The position numbers and the translations under genes were made by a program. A DNA stretch of 64,000 nucleotides. It comes from Terriglobia bacterium. GTDB taxonomy: Bacteria; Acidobacteriota; Terriglobia; Acidiferrales; UBA7541. The notes beneath the pieces were generated by a model. That model searched no databases and was not told the DNA's origin. It saw only the letters and a list, made by a program, of their open reading frames with translations. Position 1 is the first letter of the stretch. Every line of letters starts with the position of its first letter. Shown in pieces: positions 20,258 to 30,308 of this stretch. The DNA lies in NCBI GenBank assembly GCA_963695545.1, contig OY968796.1, positions 992,001 through 1,056,000 of the forward strand. Reading direction: 5' to 3'.

Positions 20258-21340
20258 TTAGTTTTTATTGGCGGCGGGTTGGCGGAAGGAACGCTCGACG
20301 ATGTCATTGGGGTCGGTCGAGACGGGAGCGTCGCGCCAGAGCCAGCGCATCATATCGGGGAGAATGGCGCCGCCAAATTTTTGGCCGTGGAGATTGATGC
20401 CCCAGGCGTAATTCACGTCGTAGCCCTTCGCGGTGAGAGCCTTCATCAGGCGCACATTCTGATAGAACCAATCCCTCTTCTGATCATAGCTGCCGTCGGG
20501 GCGGAATCCGCGATTATCGTTGCGGCCATCGCAGAGAAAAACGCGGATGGGCTTTTTGTCGCTGGCGAGGACGCGATCGGGATAGACGTAGCCGCCTTCG
20601 ATATCCACAAAGCTGCCGACGTTGCTCAACACTTTGCGGAAATCGTTGGGGCGCTCCCAGGCGACGGCGAAAGCGGCGATGGCGCCGGAGCTTGATCCGC
20701 CGATGCCGTGCATGTCCGGGTCTTTCGAGATGTTGTATTCCTTGTAGAGCACGGGCATGAGCTCTTCGGTGATCACGCGGGCGTATTTATCGTCGGGCGT
20801 GTTGTATTCGATCCGGCGATTTGTGGAGTGATCGCCCCAGTCCTGCGGAGTGGGCTCGGGCTGCTGGGGCGTGCGGCCGGGATCGATGAACACGCCGATC
20901 ATCACGGGAATTTCGTGGCGGTAGATCAGATTGTCCATCGCGTTTTGCGCGCGAAGATCGCCATCGGGATCTTTGAAGGCCTGGCCGTCTTGAAAAATCA
21001 TCAGGGCGACGGGAACGGCGGGGTCGTACTGCGCGGGGACGTAGATCCAATAGGTGTGCTGAGTGCCGGGGAAGACTTGGCTGGGCAGGACGTATGGCCC
21101 GCGGATTTCGCCTTTGGGAACGTCGTCTTGCGGCATGGAATCGGGGCCCAGGCGATATTGTGAATTTGGATTTGGACCGGGCGGATAGGTTGCGGGGAAG
21201 GCCTGCGGGGGCGCTTGCTGCGCCGGAGGTTGTTGCGCGGCGGGTGGCTGGGACGCGGGCGTCTGCGCGATGGCGATCGCGGACGCGCAGGCGATGGCCA
21301 GAATTGCGATGGATGCGGCGGTCTTCGTTATTTTTCTCAT
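20258..21340 (-). CDS. Secreted alpha/beta-hydrolase (enterochelin esterase-like)
   Basis: Signal peptide, Pro/Gln linker, YVPAQY, FQDG and nucleophile GSSSG. Confidence 0.8.
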   Translation of the reverse strand: MRKITKTAASIAILAIACASAIAIAQTPASQPPAAQQPPAQQAPPQAFPATYPPGPNPNSQYRLGPDSMPQDDVPKGEIRGPYVLPSQVFPGTQHTYWIYVPAQYDPAVPVALMIFQDGQAFKDPDGDLRAQNAMDNLIYRHEIPVMIGVFIDPGRTPQQPEPTPQDWGDHSTNRRIEYNTPDDKYARVITEELMPVLYKEYNISKDPDMHGIGGSSSGAIAAFAVAWERPNDFRKVLSNVGSFVDIEGGYVYPDRVLASDKKPIRVFLCDGRNDNRGFRPDGSYDQKRDWFYQNVRLMKALTAKGYDVNYAWGINLHGQKFGGAILPDMMRWLWRDAPVSTDPNDIVERSFRQPAANKN

Positions 21341-21473
21341 GAACTTGCTCTCCGTGTTTCTCGGTATGCGGGCGCGACGCGGCGCTCGGCGACTATAGCG
21401 TTCTAGACGGAATCCGCACATGCTGAGTTACGGCGTTGTGACTTCATGTGGATTTCTTGTATCGTGCTGGGTG

Positions 21474-22418
21474 ATGAGAAGACTGCGCGTATGCGTTCGA
21501 TTGGGGCTGGTTGCGGCGCTGGTGATGGCAAGCGCGGCGGCGGGCGCACTGCCGGCGCTTGGCTCGCTGCACGATGCGTTCGATTCGGCGCAGGCGTATG
21601 CGTATACCGCGGAAATTGCCGGCCTGGGGGAACGCTGGCCGGGGTCGCCGGGACATGCGAAGACCGAGGAGATCATTCATCAGGTTTTGCAGCGCGACGG
21701 AGCGCAGATCGAGGCGGACGATTTCGTGGCGCGGACGCCGCGCGGTCCGGTGAACGTGCACAACATCATCGGAAAATTCAACGTGAGCGGCGATCCGAAG
21801 CAGCCGATTTTTATTCTGGCGGGACATTACGACACGCTATTCAAGCCGGGATTTATCGGCGCGAATGACGGCGGATCGAGCACGGCGATTCTGCTGGAGT
21901 TTGCGGACGCGCTGGCGCATCAGAAGACCAACATGCAGATCTGGCTGGTGTGGACGGACCTGGAAGAGGCTGTGGTGGCGTTCACGGGCGATGACGGTCT
22001 TTATGGGAGCCGGCATCTGGCGCACAAGCTCGCGGCGGAGGGGCTGGTGCCGCGGATTCGCGGATTATTTTTGCTGGACATGATCGGAGACAAGGACTTG
22101 AACGTGGCGCGGGAGGATGGTTCGAGCCGGACGCTGCAGGATTTTATCGCACGGGCCGCGACGGACCTCGGGTACAGCGGCTATTTTTTTCAGTACGACG
22201 TGAGCATCATTGACGATCATGTTTCGTTCATCCGCGTGGGGATTCCGGCGGTGGACGTGGTGGATGCGCAGTTTGGTCCGATGAGCGCGGGAAACGACGG
22301 GATGGGGGCGTATCACCACACGAACGCCGACACGTTGGACAAAGTTTCGCAGCAGAGTTTGGAAATCGTGGGGCGGACGATTTTGCTGACGGTGGAATTG
22401 ATCGACGCGCAGCGGTGA
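21474..22418 (+). CDS. M28 family peptidase / glutaminyl cyclase-like
   Basis: AGHYDT, GANDGGS, DLEE, LLDMIGD, DDHVSF, YHHT. Confidence 0.85.
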   Translation: MRRLRVCVRLGLVAALVMASAAAGALPALGSLHDAFDSAQAYAYTAEIAGLGERWPGSPGHAKTEEIIHQVLQRDGAQIEADDFVARTPRGPVNVHNIIGKFNVSGDPKQPIFILAGHYDTLFKPGFIGANDGGSSTAILLEFADALAHQKTNMQIWLVWTDLEEAVVAFTGDDGLYGSRHLAHKLAAEGLVPRIRGLFLLDMIGDKDLNVAREDGSSRTLQDFIARAATDLGYSGYFFQYDVSIIDDHVSFIRVGIPAVDVVDAQFGPMSAGNDGMGAYHHTNADTLDKVSQQSLEIVGRTILLTVELIDAQR

Positions 22419-22600
22419 GGCGGCGCGGCGGGCGGGAAGCGCTGAAACACGCTCCGGTTGCGGGGGTGGGAGGCGGCTGTTAAAATTTGTGGGAAGGTTG
22501 TCGGCGCACGAAGGGCCGCGCTCGAGCGAACGCGGGCTCATCTCGGAACACAGCCCCCGCCCGGCACATAGCGGCTGTTCACCTGCCGCGGAGGAAGCTC

Positions 22601-23998
22601 TTGCCCAAATACGACTTAGCGATTATCGGAAGCGGTCCGGGAGGATATCAGACCGCGATCCGCGCCTCGGAATGGGGACTTAAGACCGTTGTGATCGAGA
22701 AGGACCCGTTTCTGGGCGGAACGTGCCTGCACGTCGGCTGCATTCCCACCAAGGTGCTGCTGCACACCGCGGAAATTCTGGATAATTTTCGGAGGGCCAA
22801 GGAATTCGGGATCGAGGCCAAGGACTTCAAGCTCGATTGGGCCGGAGTGTTGGCGCGAAAGACGAGCGTGGTGGATCGTCACGCGAAGGGAATCGAATTT
22901 CTTTTTCGCAAGAATAAAGTGGACAAGATCGTAGGCTGGGGGCGCTGGGCGGGGCCGGGCAAGGTCTCGATCGATAGCGGCGACGAGAAAACGGAGATCG
23001 AGGCCACGCACATTATTGTGGCGACGGGTTCGGAGGCGCGCACGCTGCCGGGGATGGAATTCGACGGGAAGATCGTGCTGAGCAATCGCGAGATTCTTGC
23101 GCTGCCGGCGGTGCCGAAATCGCTGGTGATCGTGGGCGCGGGGGCAGTGGGCGTGGAGTTCGCGTCGATATTCAATTCGTTTGGGAGCGAGGTCACGCTG
23201 ATCGAGGCGTTGCCGCGGATTGTGCCGCTGGAGGACGAGGAGATTTCGCCGGAGCTGGAGAAGGCGTTCCGCAGGAGAGGCATCAAGATTTTTACGGGCG
23301 CGAAGGTGGACGGACTGAAGAAAACGGCCAAGGGCGCAACGGTGACGTTCAAGGATAAGGATGGGGCGGCGCAGAGCATCGCGGCTGAAAAGGTGCTTAT
23401 CGCGGTGGGGCGCGCGCCGCGCACGGAGGGTGTGGGTCTGGAGAAATCGAAGGCCAAGCTCGAACGCGGATACGTGCAGGTTGGTCCTTATATGGAGACG
23501 GCCGAGCCGCGGCTTTACGCGATCGGAGACATCGTGGCGGGGATGCCGCAACTGGCGCACGCGGCGTCGATGGAGGGAATCACCTGCGTCGCGAAGATCA
23601 CCGGGAAACAGGTGCCGCCCCTTGAGCGCCGGCACATTCCGGCGGCGACTTACTGCGAGCCGCAAATCGGATCGGTGGGACTGACGGAAAAAGCGGCGCG
23701 AGACGCTGGATACAAAGTGAAAACCGGGAAATTTCCGTTCGTGGGCAACAGCAAGGCGACGATTTTGGGTCAGCATGAAGGATTCATCAAGGTGGTGAGC
23801 GACGAGGAGAACGGCGAAGTGCTCGGTGTGCACGCGATCGGGCCGCAAGCGACGGAGATTCTGGCCGAGCCCACGACGGCGATTCAGCTCGAGGCCACGA
23901 TCGACGACATGTTGTTCACGGTGCACGCGCATCCGACGGTGTGGGAGGCGATGGGCGATGCTTTCGCGGCCGTGCGCGGTCTGAGCATCAACGTGTAG
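22601..23998 (+). CDS. lpdA: Dihydrolipoyl dehydrogenase (E3)
   Basis: GSGPGGY, GGTCLHVGCIP, HAHPT; TTG start after GGAGG. Confidence 0.95.
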   Translation: MPKYDLAIIGSGPGGYQTAIRASEWGLKTVVIEKDPFLGGTCLHVGCIPTKVLLHTAEILDNFRRAKEFGIEAKDFKLDWAGVLARKTSVVDRHAKGIEFLFRKNKVDKIVGWGRWAGPGKVSIDSGDEKTEIEATHIIVATGSEARTLPGMEFDGKIVLSNREILALPAVPKSLVIVGAGAVGVEFASIFNSFGSEVTLIEALPRIVPLEDEEISPELEKAFRRRGIKIFTGAKVDGLKKTAKGATVTFKDKDGAAQSIAAEKVLIAVGRAPRTEGVGLEKSKAKLERGYVQVGPYMETAEPRLYAIGDIVAGMPQLAHAASMEGITCVAKITGKQVPPLERRHIPAATYCEPQIGSVGLTEKAARDAGYKVKTGKFPFVGNSKATILGQHEGFIKVVSDEENGEVLGVHAIGPQATEILAEPTTAIQLEATIDDMLFTVHAHPTVWEAMGDAFAAVRGLSINV

Positions 23999-24041
23999 GC
24001 AGAATCCGGAGCCCGCATCCGCTGGACTCGAATTGAATTCG

Positions 24042-24800
24042 ATGAAAACCTGTTTGGTTGCAAATTTGGGATTGGTGGAATACGGGGCCGCTCGCGAGAT
24101 CGAGCGGCGGCTGGTGGCGGCGCGCAAGGCCGGCGCTGTGCCGGACGTGCTGCTGCTGTGCGAGCATCCGCAGGTGATTACGCAGGGCCGCGCGGGGCGG
24201 CGGCAGAATCTGCTGGCGTCGGAGCGCGTGCTGGCGCAGATGGGCGTGAGCTATTTCGATACGGATCGAGGCGGCGACATTACGTATCACGGGCCGGGGC
24301 AACTGGTGGCGTATCCGATCGTGCAGCTGGGCGAGATCCGGCGCGACGTCGGATGGTATGTGCGGCAGCTGGAAGAGGCCATGATTCGCACGAGCGCGGA
24401 TTTTGGCGTGTCGAGCACGCGCGTGAAGTGCATGACGGGCGTGTGGGCGGCGGCGCGGGGCGCGCGCGACGGAATGGCTGAAGAAACATTTGAAAAACTG
24501 GGGGCGATCGGCGTGCATATCAGCCGCTGGGTGACGTCGCACGGGTTGGCTTACAACGTGGCGACCGATTTGCGGTATTTCGATTTGATCGTGCCGTGCG
24601 GACTCGCGGGGCGGCGGCCGACGTCGCTCGAGAAGCTGCTCGATCGCGCGGTTGGGGTGGCGGAGGTTGCGCCGCGCATGGCGCAGCACTTGGGCGAAGC
24701 GCTGGGGCTCGAGATGCGGGAGGCTGCGGCTTCGGAGATTGAGCGGCTTCTATTGGATTACGAATCTTCAATTGAAATTCCCGCGCCGGCTGTGGTCTGA
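24042..24800 (+). CDS. lipB: Lipoyl(octanoyl) transferase
   Basis: CEHP, RGGDITYHGPGQ, SHGLAYN, IVPCG. Confidence 0.95.
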   Translation: MKTCLVANLGLVEYGAAREIERRLVAARKAGAVPDVLLLCEHPQVITQGRAGRRQNLLASERVLAQMGVSYFDTDRGGDITYHGPGQLVAYPIVQLGEIRRDVGWYVRQLEEAMIRTSADFGVSSTRVKCMTGVWAAARGARDGMAEETFEKLGAIGVHISRWVTSHGLAYNVATDLRYFDLIVPCGLAGRRPTSLEKLLDRAVGVAEVAPRMAQHLGEALGLEMREAAASEIERLLLDYESSIEIPAPAVV

Positions 24801-24816
24801 GGCGCTCCACACTCAA

Positions 24817-26016
24817 ATGGAACTGACGCTTACGCGCGAGCAGCAGCTGGAGCTTTGCTACTTCATGCGGCTGAACCGCGCGCTTGAGGAACGGCTCGAG
24901 CGTTTGGTGCGGCAGAATCAAGTTGTCGGCGGCCTCTACCGCAGCTTGGGGCAAGAGGCGACTTCGGTTGGTTCCGCTTACGCGCTGGAACCGGGCGATT
25001 GGATTGCGCCGATGGTGCGCAATATCGGATCGCTGCTGGTGCGCGGGTTCAAGCCGCGGGACATCCTGACGCAAAACATGGGGCGCGCGAATTCTCCTAC
25101 GCACGGACGAGACAGCGCGAGCCACTTCGGAGACCTGGGCGCGCGGCACGTGGTCTCGCCGATCTCCATGCTGGGCGATTTGATTCCGGTGATGACCGGC
25201 GTGGCGATGGGCGCGCGCGTGTTGGGGCAGAAGCGCGTGGCCATGACCTGGATCGGCGACGGCGGGAGCTCGACGGGCGCGTTTCACGAGGGATTGAATT
25301 TCGCCGCGGTGCAGCGCGCGCCGCTGGTGCTGGTGCTCGAGAACAATCAGTGGGCATATGCAACGCCGGTCGCGCGGCAGGCGCGGCTGCGCGATTTGGC
25401 CGATCGCGCACGGGCCTACGGCATCGAGAGCACGATTGTGGACGGCAACGACGTCGTGGCTGTGTATCGCGCGGCGAAGCAGGCGGCCGATCGCGCGCGC
25501 GCGGGGCATGGACCGGTGCTGATCGAAGCCAAGACCATGCGCATGCGCGGGCACGCGCAGCACGACCCGGCCGAATACGTGCCGAAGAAAATGCTCGAGT
25601 ACTGGAAGGCGCGCGATCCGATTGCGCGCTATGAGCGCGTGCTGGCGTCGAGCGGCGTTTTGACCGAGCGCGTGAAGAGCGCGCTCGATGCGCGGATCGA
25701 GCGCGAACTGGCGGACGATGTAGCGTTCGCGGAAGCCTCGCCGATGCCGTCGGCGGAAGAGGTGAATGCGGTCGCCGACGGCGTTTATTGCGAGGGATGC
25801 CACGAAATTGCGCCGGATTGGCAGCGGCCCAAGGACGAATTGCTGCCGCCGAAATCGAAGGTCGAGGCGCGCTGGACGGTATCGGATTTCGGCGCGTTCG
25901 AGGAGCACGGCGCGCCGAGGTCGGTTGACGCGAAACGCGCGGCGGCCAAAAGAGCGCCGCATGCGAAAGCCGCGAAAATAACGAAGGCCGCAAAAGTTCG
26001 CAGGGCGCGCGGTTAG
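24817..26016 (+). CDS. 2-oxoacid dehydrogenase E1 alpha subunit
   Basis: TPP motif GDGG...ENNQWA; RMRGHAQHD. Confidence 0.9.
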   Translation: MELTLTREQQLELCYFMRLNRALEERLERLVRQNQVVGGLYRSLGQEATSVGSAYALEPGDWIAPMVRNIGSLLVRGFKPRDILTQNMGRANSPTHGRDSASHFGDLGARHVVSPISMLGDLIPVMTGVAMGARVLGQKRVAMTWIGDGGSSTGAFHEGLNFAAVQRAPLVLVLENNQWAYATPVARQARLRDLADRARAYGIESTIVDGNDVVAVYRAAKQAADRARAGHGPVLIEAKTMRMRGHAQHDPAEYVPKKMLEYWKARDPIARYERVLASSGVLTERVKSALDARIERELADDVAFAEASPMPSAEEVNAVADGVYCEGCHEIAPDWQRPKDELLPPKSKVEARWTVSDFGAFEEHGAPRSVDAKRAAAKRAPHAKAAKITKAAKVRRARG

Positions 26017-26018
26017 CC

Positions 26019-26993
26019 ATGGCCGAGACCACTTATCTTGAAGCCATTCGGCAGGCGCTCGATGAAGAGATGGGGCGCGACGCGTCCATTGTGCTGTTGG
26101 GCGAGGACGTCGGCGTGTACGGCGGGGCGTTCGGCGCGACGCAGGGATTGCTCGCGCGTTACGGTTGGGAGCGCGTGGTGGACACGCCGATCAGCGAGAC
26201 GGCCATCGTGGGCGCGGCGATCGGAATGTCGTACACCGGCTTGCGGCCCGTCGCTGAGATGCAATTCATGGACTTCATCGCCTGCTGCTTCAACCAGCTC
26301 ACGAATTTCGCGGCCAAGTCGCATTATCGCTGGGGCGCGCCGGTGCCCATCGTGGTGCGCGGACCCTCGGGCGGCGGCGTGCACGGCGGGCCGTTTCATT
26401 CGGCGAATCCGGAAATGTATTTCGTGCACACGCCGGGACTGAAAGTGGTTTGCCCGGCGACGGCGTATGATGCCAAGGGGCTGCTGAAATCGGCGATTCG
26501 CGACAACAATCCGGTGCTTTTTTTCGAGCACAAATTTTTGTACCGGCGCATTAAGGAAGATTTGCCGGCGGAGGATTACTCCGTGCCGCTGGGCAAGGCC
26601 GTGGTGCGGCGCGAAGGCGATGATTTGACGATTGTGAGTTACGCCGCCATGCTGCATGCTTCTCTCGAGGCCGCCACGGTGCTTGCGGCCGAAGGGATCG
26701 AGGCCGAGGTGGTGGACCTGCGCACGCTTCTGCCGCTCGATAGCGAAACGATTTTGGCCTCGGTGCGCAAGACCAATCGGCTGCTGGTGGTGCACGAAGA
26801 CACGCGCACGGGCGGCATCGCGGGAGAGGTTGCCGCGATGGTGTGCGGCGAAGCGTTCGACGATCTGGACGGTCCCATCGTGCGCGTGACCGCGCCCGAT
26901 GCGCCGGTGCCGTCGTCGCCGCCGCTCGAGGAACGATTTTTGCCCAACGCCGCGGGCATCGCGGATGCCGCGCGCCGTTTGGCGCTCGCTTAG
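26019..26993 (+). CDS. 2-oxoacid dehydrogenase E1 beta subunit
   Basis: GEDVG, DTPISE, EMQFMDF, GPFHS, DLRTLLPLD. Confidence 0.95.
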   Translation: MAETTYLEAIRQALDEEMGRDASIVLLGEDVGVYGGAFGATQGLLARYGWERVVDTPISETAIVGAAIGMSYTGLRPVAEMQFMDFIACCFNQLTNFAAKSHYRWGAPVPIVVRGPSGGGVHGGPFHSANPEMYFVHTPGLKVVCPATAYDAKGLLKSAIRDNNPVLFFEHKFLYRRIKEDLPAEDYSVPLGKAVVRREGDDLTIVSYAAMLHASLEAATVLAAEGIEAEVVDLRTLLPLDSETILASVRKTNRLLVVHEDTRTGGIAGEVAAMVCGEAFDDLDGPIVRVTAPDAPVPSSPPLEERFLPNAAGIADAARRLALA

Positions 26994-27030
26994 GGAACGA
27001 AGCATCAGGACGAGTCGACAGGAGACGCAC

Positions 27031-28404
27031 ATGGCCGTGAACGTGATCATGCCGCAGATGGGCGAAAGCATTTTTGAAGGCACCGTCACCAAGTGGCTGA
27101 AGAAGCCCGGCGACAAGATCGAGCGCGACGAGCCTTTGTTCGAGATTTCGACGGACAAAGTGGACGCCGAAATCCCCGCGCCCGCGGCTGGCGTGCTGAA
27201 GGAGATCAAGGTTCAGGCGGGAGAGACCGTGCCGGTGCAGACCGTGGTGGCCGTGATTGACGGCGCGGGAGCGGCTGAGGCGACGCCTGCCGCGGCGCCG
27301 GCGATTGCCGCTTCGGGCGATGAAGCGCCGGCGGCGTTGCCGGGAGGCAAGGGCAAAGCCGCCGCGACGTCCGCGAAGCCGGAAGCCAAAGTTGAATCGA
27401 AGCCGGCACCGGCAGCCGTGCCAGCGCCGCCCGCGGTTCAGACGCCGCTTGCGGCAGCACCATCGGTTCGGTCGACGTCGGGCAACGGCCGGCGCATTCA
27501 TAGTTCGCCGCTCGTGCGGCGTTTGGCGCGCGAGAACAATGTGGACCTTGCGCAGCTCAGTGGCACGGGCGCCGGCGGACGCATCAGCAAGAAGGACATC
27601 CTCGCGGCGATTTCATCGGGCGGCACGCGGCCTGCAGCGGGCGCGTCAGCCGCGGCGGCGCCAGCGTCCAGCGCGGGCGCGACGGCGGTTCCGCGCGAGC
27701 GGATTTATTTCGGACGCTACGAAGTTGCGCCGATGAGCATGATGCGGCAGAAGATCGCCGAGCACATGGTGGCCTCGAAGCGCACCTCGCCGCACGTGTA
27801 CTCGATCGAGGAAGCCGACATGACGGGGATCGCGCAGCTTCGCGCCCGCGTGAAAGATGAGTTTGAAAAGCGCCACGAAACGAAACTCACTTTCATGCCG
27901 TTTTTCTTGCGCGCCGCTGTGGAAGCCCTGCGCGCGTTTCCCGTTGTGAATTCATCGGTGGACGGCGCGAATCTGGTGATGCACCGCGAGATCAATTTGG
28001 GCATCGCCGTGGCGCTGGAGGCGGGACTGATCGTGCCGGTGATCAAGGGCGCGGACGAAAAGAATTTTCTCGGTCTGCAACGCGCGGTGAACGATCTGGC
28101 CGAACGCGCGCGCACAAAAAAGTTGAAGCCCGAAGAGGTTCAGGATTCCACGTTCTCGATCACGAATCCGGGCAGCGTGGGCGGCTTGATGGGTTTGGCG
28201 GTGATCAACCAGCCGAACGTAGCCATCCTGGCGATCGGCGGAATTGCGAAGCGGGCGGTGGTGATCAATGACGCGATCGCGATTCGCTCGATGGTTTATC
28301 TGACGCTGAGTTACGATCATCGCGCCGTGGATGGCGCGATCGCGCACCAATTCATGCTCCGCGTGAAATCTGGCCTCGAAAAGTGGGACGAAGAAATTCT
28401 GTAG
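27031..28404 (+). CDS. 2-oxoacid dehydrogenase E2 acyltransferase
   Basis: Lipoyl domain EISTDKVD, E3-binding SPLVRRLA...GTGAGGRI, catalytic YDHRAVDG. Confidence 0.95.
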   Translation: MAVNVIMPQMGESIFEGTVTKWLKKPGDKIERDEPLFEISTDKVDAEIPAPAAGVLKEIKVQAGETVPVQTVVAVIDGAGAAEATPAAAPAIAASGDEAPAALPGGKGKAAATSAKPEAKVESKPAPAAVPAPPAVQTPLAAAPSVRSTSGNGRRIHSSPLVRRLARENNVDLAQLSGTGAGGRISKKDILAAISSGGTRPAAGASAAAAPASSAGATAVPRERIYFGRYEVAPMSMMRQKIAEHMVASKRTSPHVYSIEEADMTGIAQLRARVKDEFEKRHETKLTFMPFFLRAAVEALRAFPVVNSSVDGANLVMHREINLGIAVALEAGLIVPVIKGADEKNFLGLQRAVNDLAERARTKKLKPEEVQDSTFSITNPGSVGGLMGLAVINQPNVAILAIGGIAKRAVVINDAIAIRSMVYLTLSYDHRAVDGAIAHQFMLRVKSGLEKWDEEIL

Positions 28405-28432
28405 TTTCGTCGTAAGCCCGCGCCGCCGCGCG

Positions 28433-29257
28433 TCACGCGCCGCCATTGGCGCGCAGGCGGGGGCCGAGGTCGTGGGCCCATCCGCGCAGGCGGGCCAGCG
28501 GCACAACTGAAATCTGTTTTTCTTCCAGCAGCGTCGCGACAAACCTATGGCGGCCGTCTTCGCGGGCCGGGTCGACTTCGGTGATCGCCGTGAATTCCGC
28601 GTGTTCGATGTGCGTGCGAATGGCATCGGCGGTGAAGGCCAGCACCTTGGCCTGGCCCGGATCGCGGCCCAGCGGCAGCGCCTGCACGAAGCCGCGCGTG
28701 CCGTTGCGCCGGTACGCGAAATCCATTCTCAAGGGATCGCCGGGATAGGTATAGTCCGCCACGCGCACACTGCGCTCGATGCGGCCGAGCAATCCCTCGA
28801 GGCGCAGAAAATCCGCGGCGCGCGCGCGTATATCGCTACGCGTGCGGATCTCGCGCACGTCCGGGCGGCCCGGGCGCGGCGGCTCGACTTGCTCGCGATA
28901 GATGCGATCAAGTTCGGCCTCGAAGTCGCCGGTCAGCACGCCGCGGCGCGGGCTCAACTGGATGGTGTTGGACAAGGTTTCCTCGAGTTTGCCGAGCCAT
29001 GCGAGGCCGTTCGCGCGGTCGCCGTTGCGCGGCGCATCGAACACGCCGCCCAGGTTTCGCAAAAAATCCTCGTCGGCCGTGGGGTGCAGCCGGCGGACGC
29101 GGGCAAATTCTCCGGGCTCTTCCACCAGGCGGCGCGCGACGCGGCCCGAAGTGGGATCGAAGAGCACCACGCCGATATTGATCCACTCGTCGCGGACCAA
29201 ATTCGGCGCGTAGCGAACGATGTGGTACGCGCAACTTTGCAGTTCAGTTTCGGCCAT
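28433..29257 (-). CDS. DUF3037 domain protein
   Basis: YHIVRYAPNLVRDEWINIGVVL; lies directly downstream of a HipA-like kinase. Confidence 0.85.
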   Translation of the reverse strand: MAETELQSCAYHIVRYAPNLVRDEWINIGVVLFDPTSGRVARRLVEEPGEFARVRRLHPTADEDFLRNLGGVFDAPRNGDRANGLAWLGKLEETLSNTIQLSPRRGVLTGDFEAELDRIYREQVEPPRPGRPDVREIRTRSDIRARAADFLRLEGLLGRIERSVRVADYTYPGDPLRMDFAYRRNGTRGFVQALPLGRDPGQAKVLAFTADAIRTHIEHAEFTAITEVDPAREDGRHRFVATLLEEKQISVVPLARLRGWAHDLGPRLRANGGA

Positions 29258-29307
29258 GATTTATTTCCCTTCGTTCCATATTCGGAAACATTCGTCGAGC
29301 ACCATAA

Positions 29308-30105
29308 TTACTTCCAATTTGGAAACGGTTGCCGGTTCGAGTCCCGAGCTGCAACCAGCAACTCCCGCACGCGGCCGCGGCGCTGATACAAACGCTCGAG
29401 CAGTTCTTCGAGCGCCGCGGCGTCGTCCTGATACCACTCGGGCGGAATACGCTCGGCGGCTTCGCCGAGCGCCGCGCGCGTGATGCGATGTTCGAGACGC
29501 CCGAGCCAGGGCTCAAACGATTCAAGCCCGGTGACGCGCTCGTAGACGCGCTGCCGCGCGTAAAGCCCGCGCAGAGGCGCGTCCGGAAAATTCCATTCCC
29601 CGGCGTTGAAGCAGAAGCCCTGATCGATCATCAGGGCCTGATAGCGAGAGCGGCCGGCCTCGCGAAAAAAAACAGCTTGGCGGCCATTGGTGTTGCAGGA
29701 CCATTTATCGAACACCAGCATGCCGCAGAAAACCTCAAGGTCTTCGATCTCGACGAGCTGCTCGTCCGGCAAATAATCGTACACACTGACTTCGGCCGGA
29801 TGGCCCGGATACTGCGAGCCGAATTGCCGGCCGGGCTTGCAAGCCACGCGTCCGGTGGCGAACTGCATCACCAGATCGGCCGTATTCTCCACCAGTTCCG
29901 GCGAGACTTCGACGACGGTAACCGGCGGAACGGGCAGGCCGAGGCGCGCGGCAAGACGAGTGGCAAGCATTTCATTCGCCAAAATTCGCAGATGCTGAGG
30001 GTTGTTTTGGAACTTGACGACGTAGTAGGCGCCGTCCCGGCAGCGGAATAGATGGGACTGCGCGCCGCCGCGCATTCTGCGCAAATGTTCGAGCGCCTGG
30101 AGCAT
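29308..30105 (-). CDS. HipA-like (HipA_2) kinase
   Basis: MRGGAQSHL, YVVKF, LANEMLA, FDKW..N, IDQG, IPPEW. Confidence 0.85.
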   Translation of the reverse strand: MLQALEHLRRMRGGAQSHLFRCRDGAYYVVKFQNNPQHLRILANEMLATRLAARLGLPVPPVTVVEVSPELVENTADLVMQFATGRVACKPGRQFGSQYPGHPAEVSVYDYLPDEQLVEIEDLEVFCGMLVFDKWSCNTNGRQAVFFREAGRSRYQALMIDQGFCFNAGEWNFPDAPLRGLYARQRVYERVTGLESFEPWLGRLEHRITRAALGEAAERIPPEWYQDDAAALEELLERLYQRRGRVRELLVAARDSNRQPFPNWK

Positions 30106-30308
30106 TGGCGCGTATGCTATGGTGCCGCGGAAGTACCAGCAAGGGATTATTTGCGGCGCGATGCCGACCATAACCGGTAAAGGGAAACGCGCCTGCCCAA
30201 ATTGGCTCCGCAAGATCGTTGCGCGAGCGCCGCTCGCCGCGGCGGTGGGCCATCGCTCCAAGCCATAAGCGAATTGCGCGTATTAGCTTTACGTCATAAG
30301 CTCTCCCG

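Noticed and set aside
22616..25962. Long antisense ORFs over lpdA/E1 and similar ones elsewhere (e.g. 37615-39297)
   Set aside because: Typical GC-rich shadow ORFs with no motifs, opposite well-supported genes
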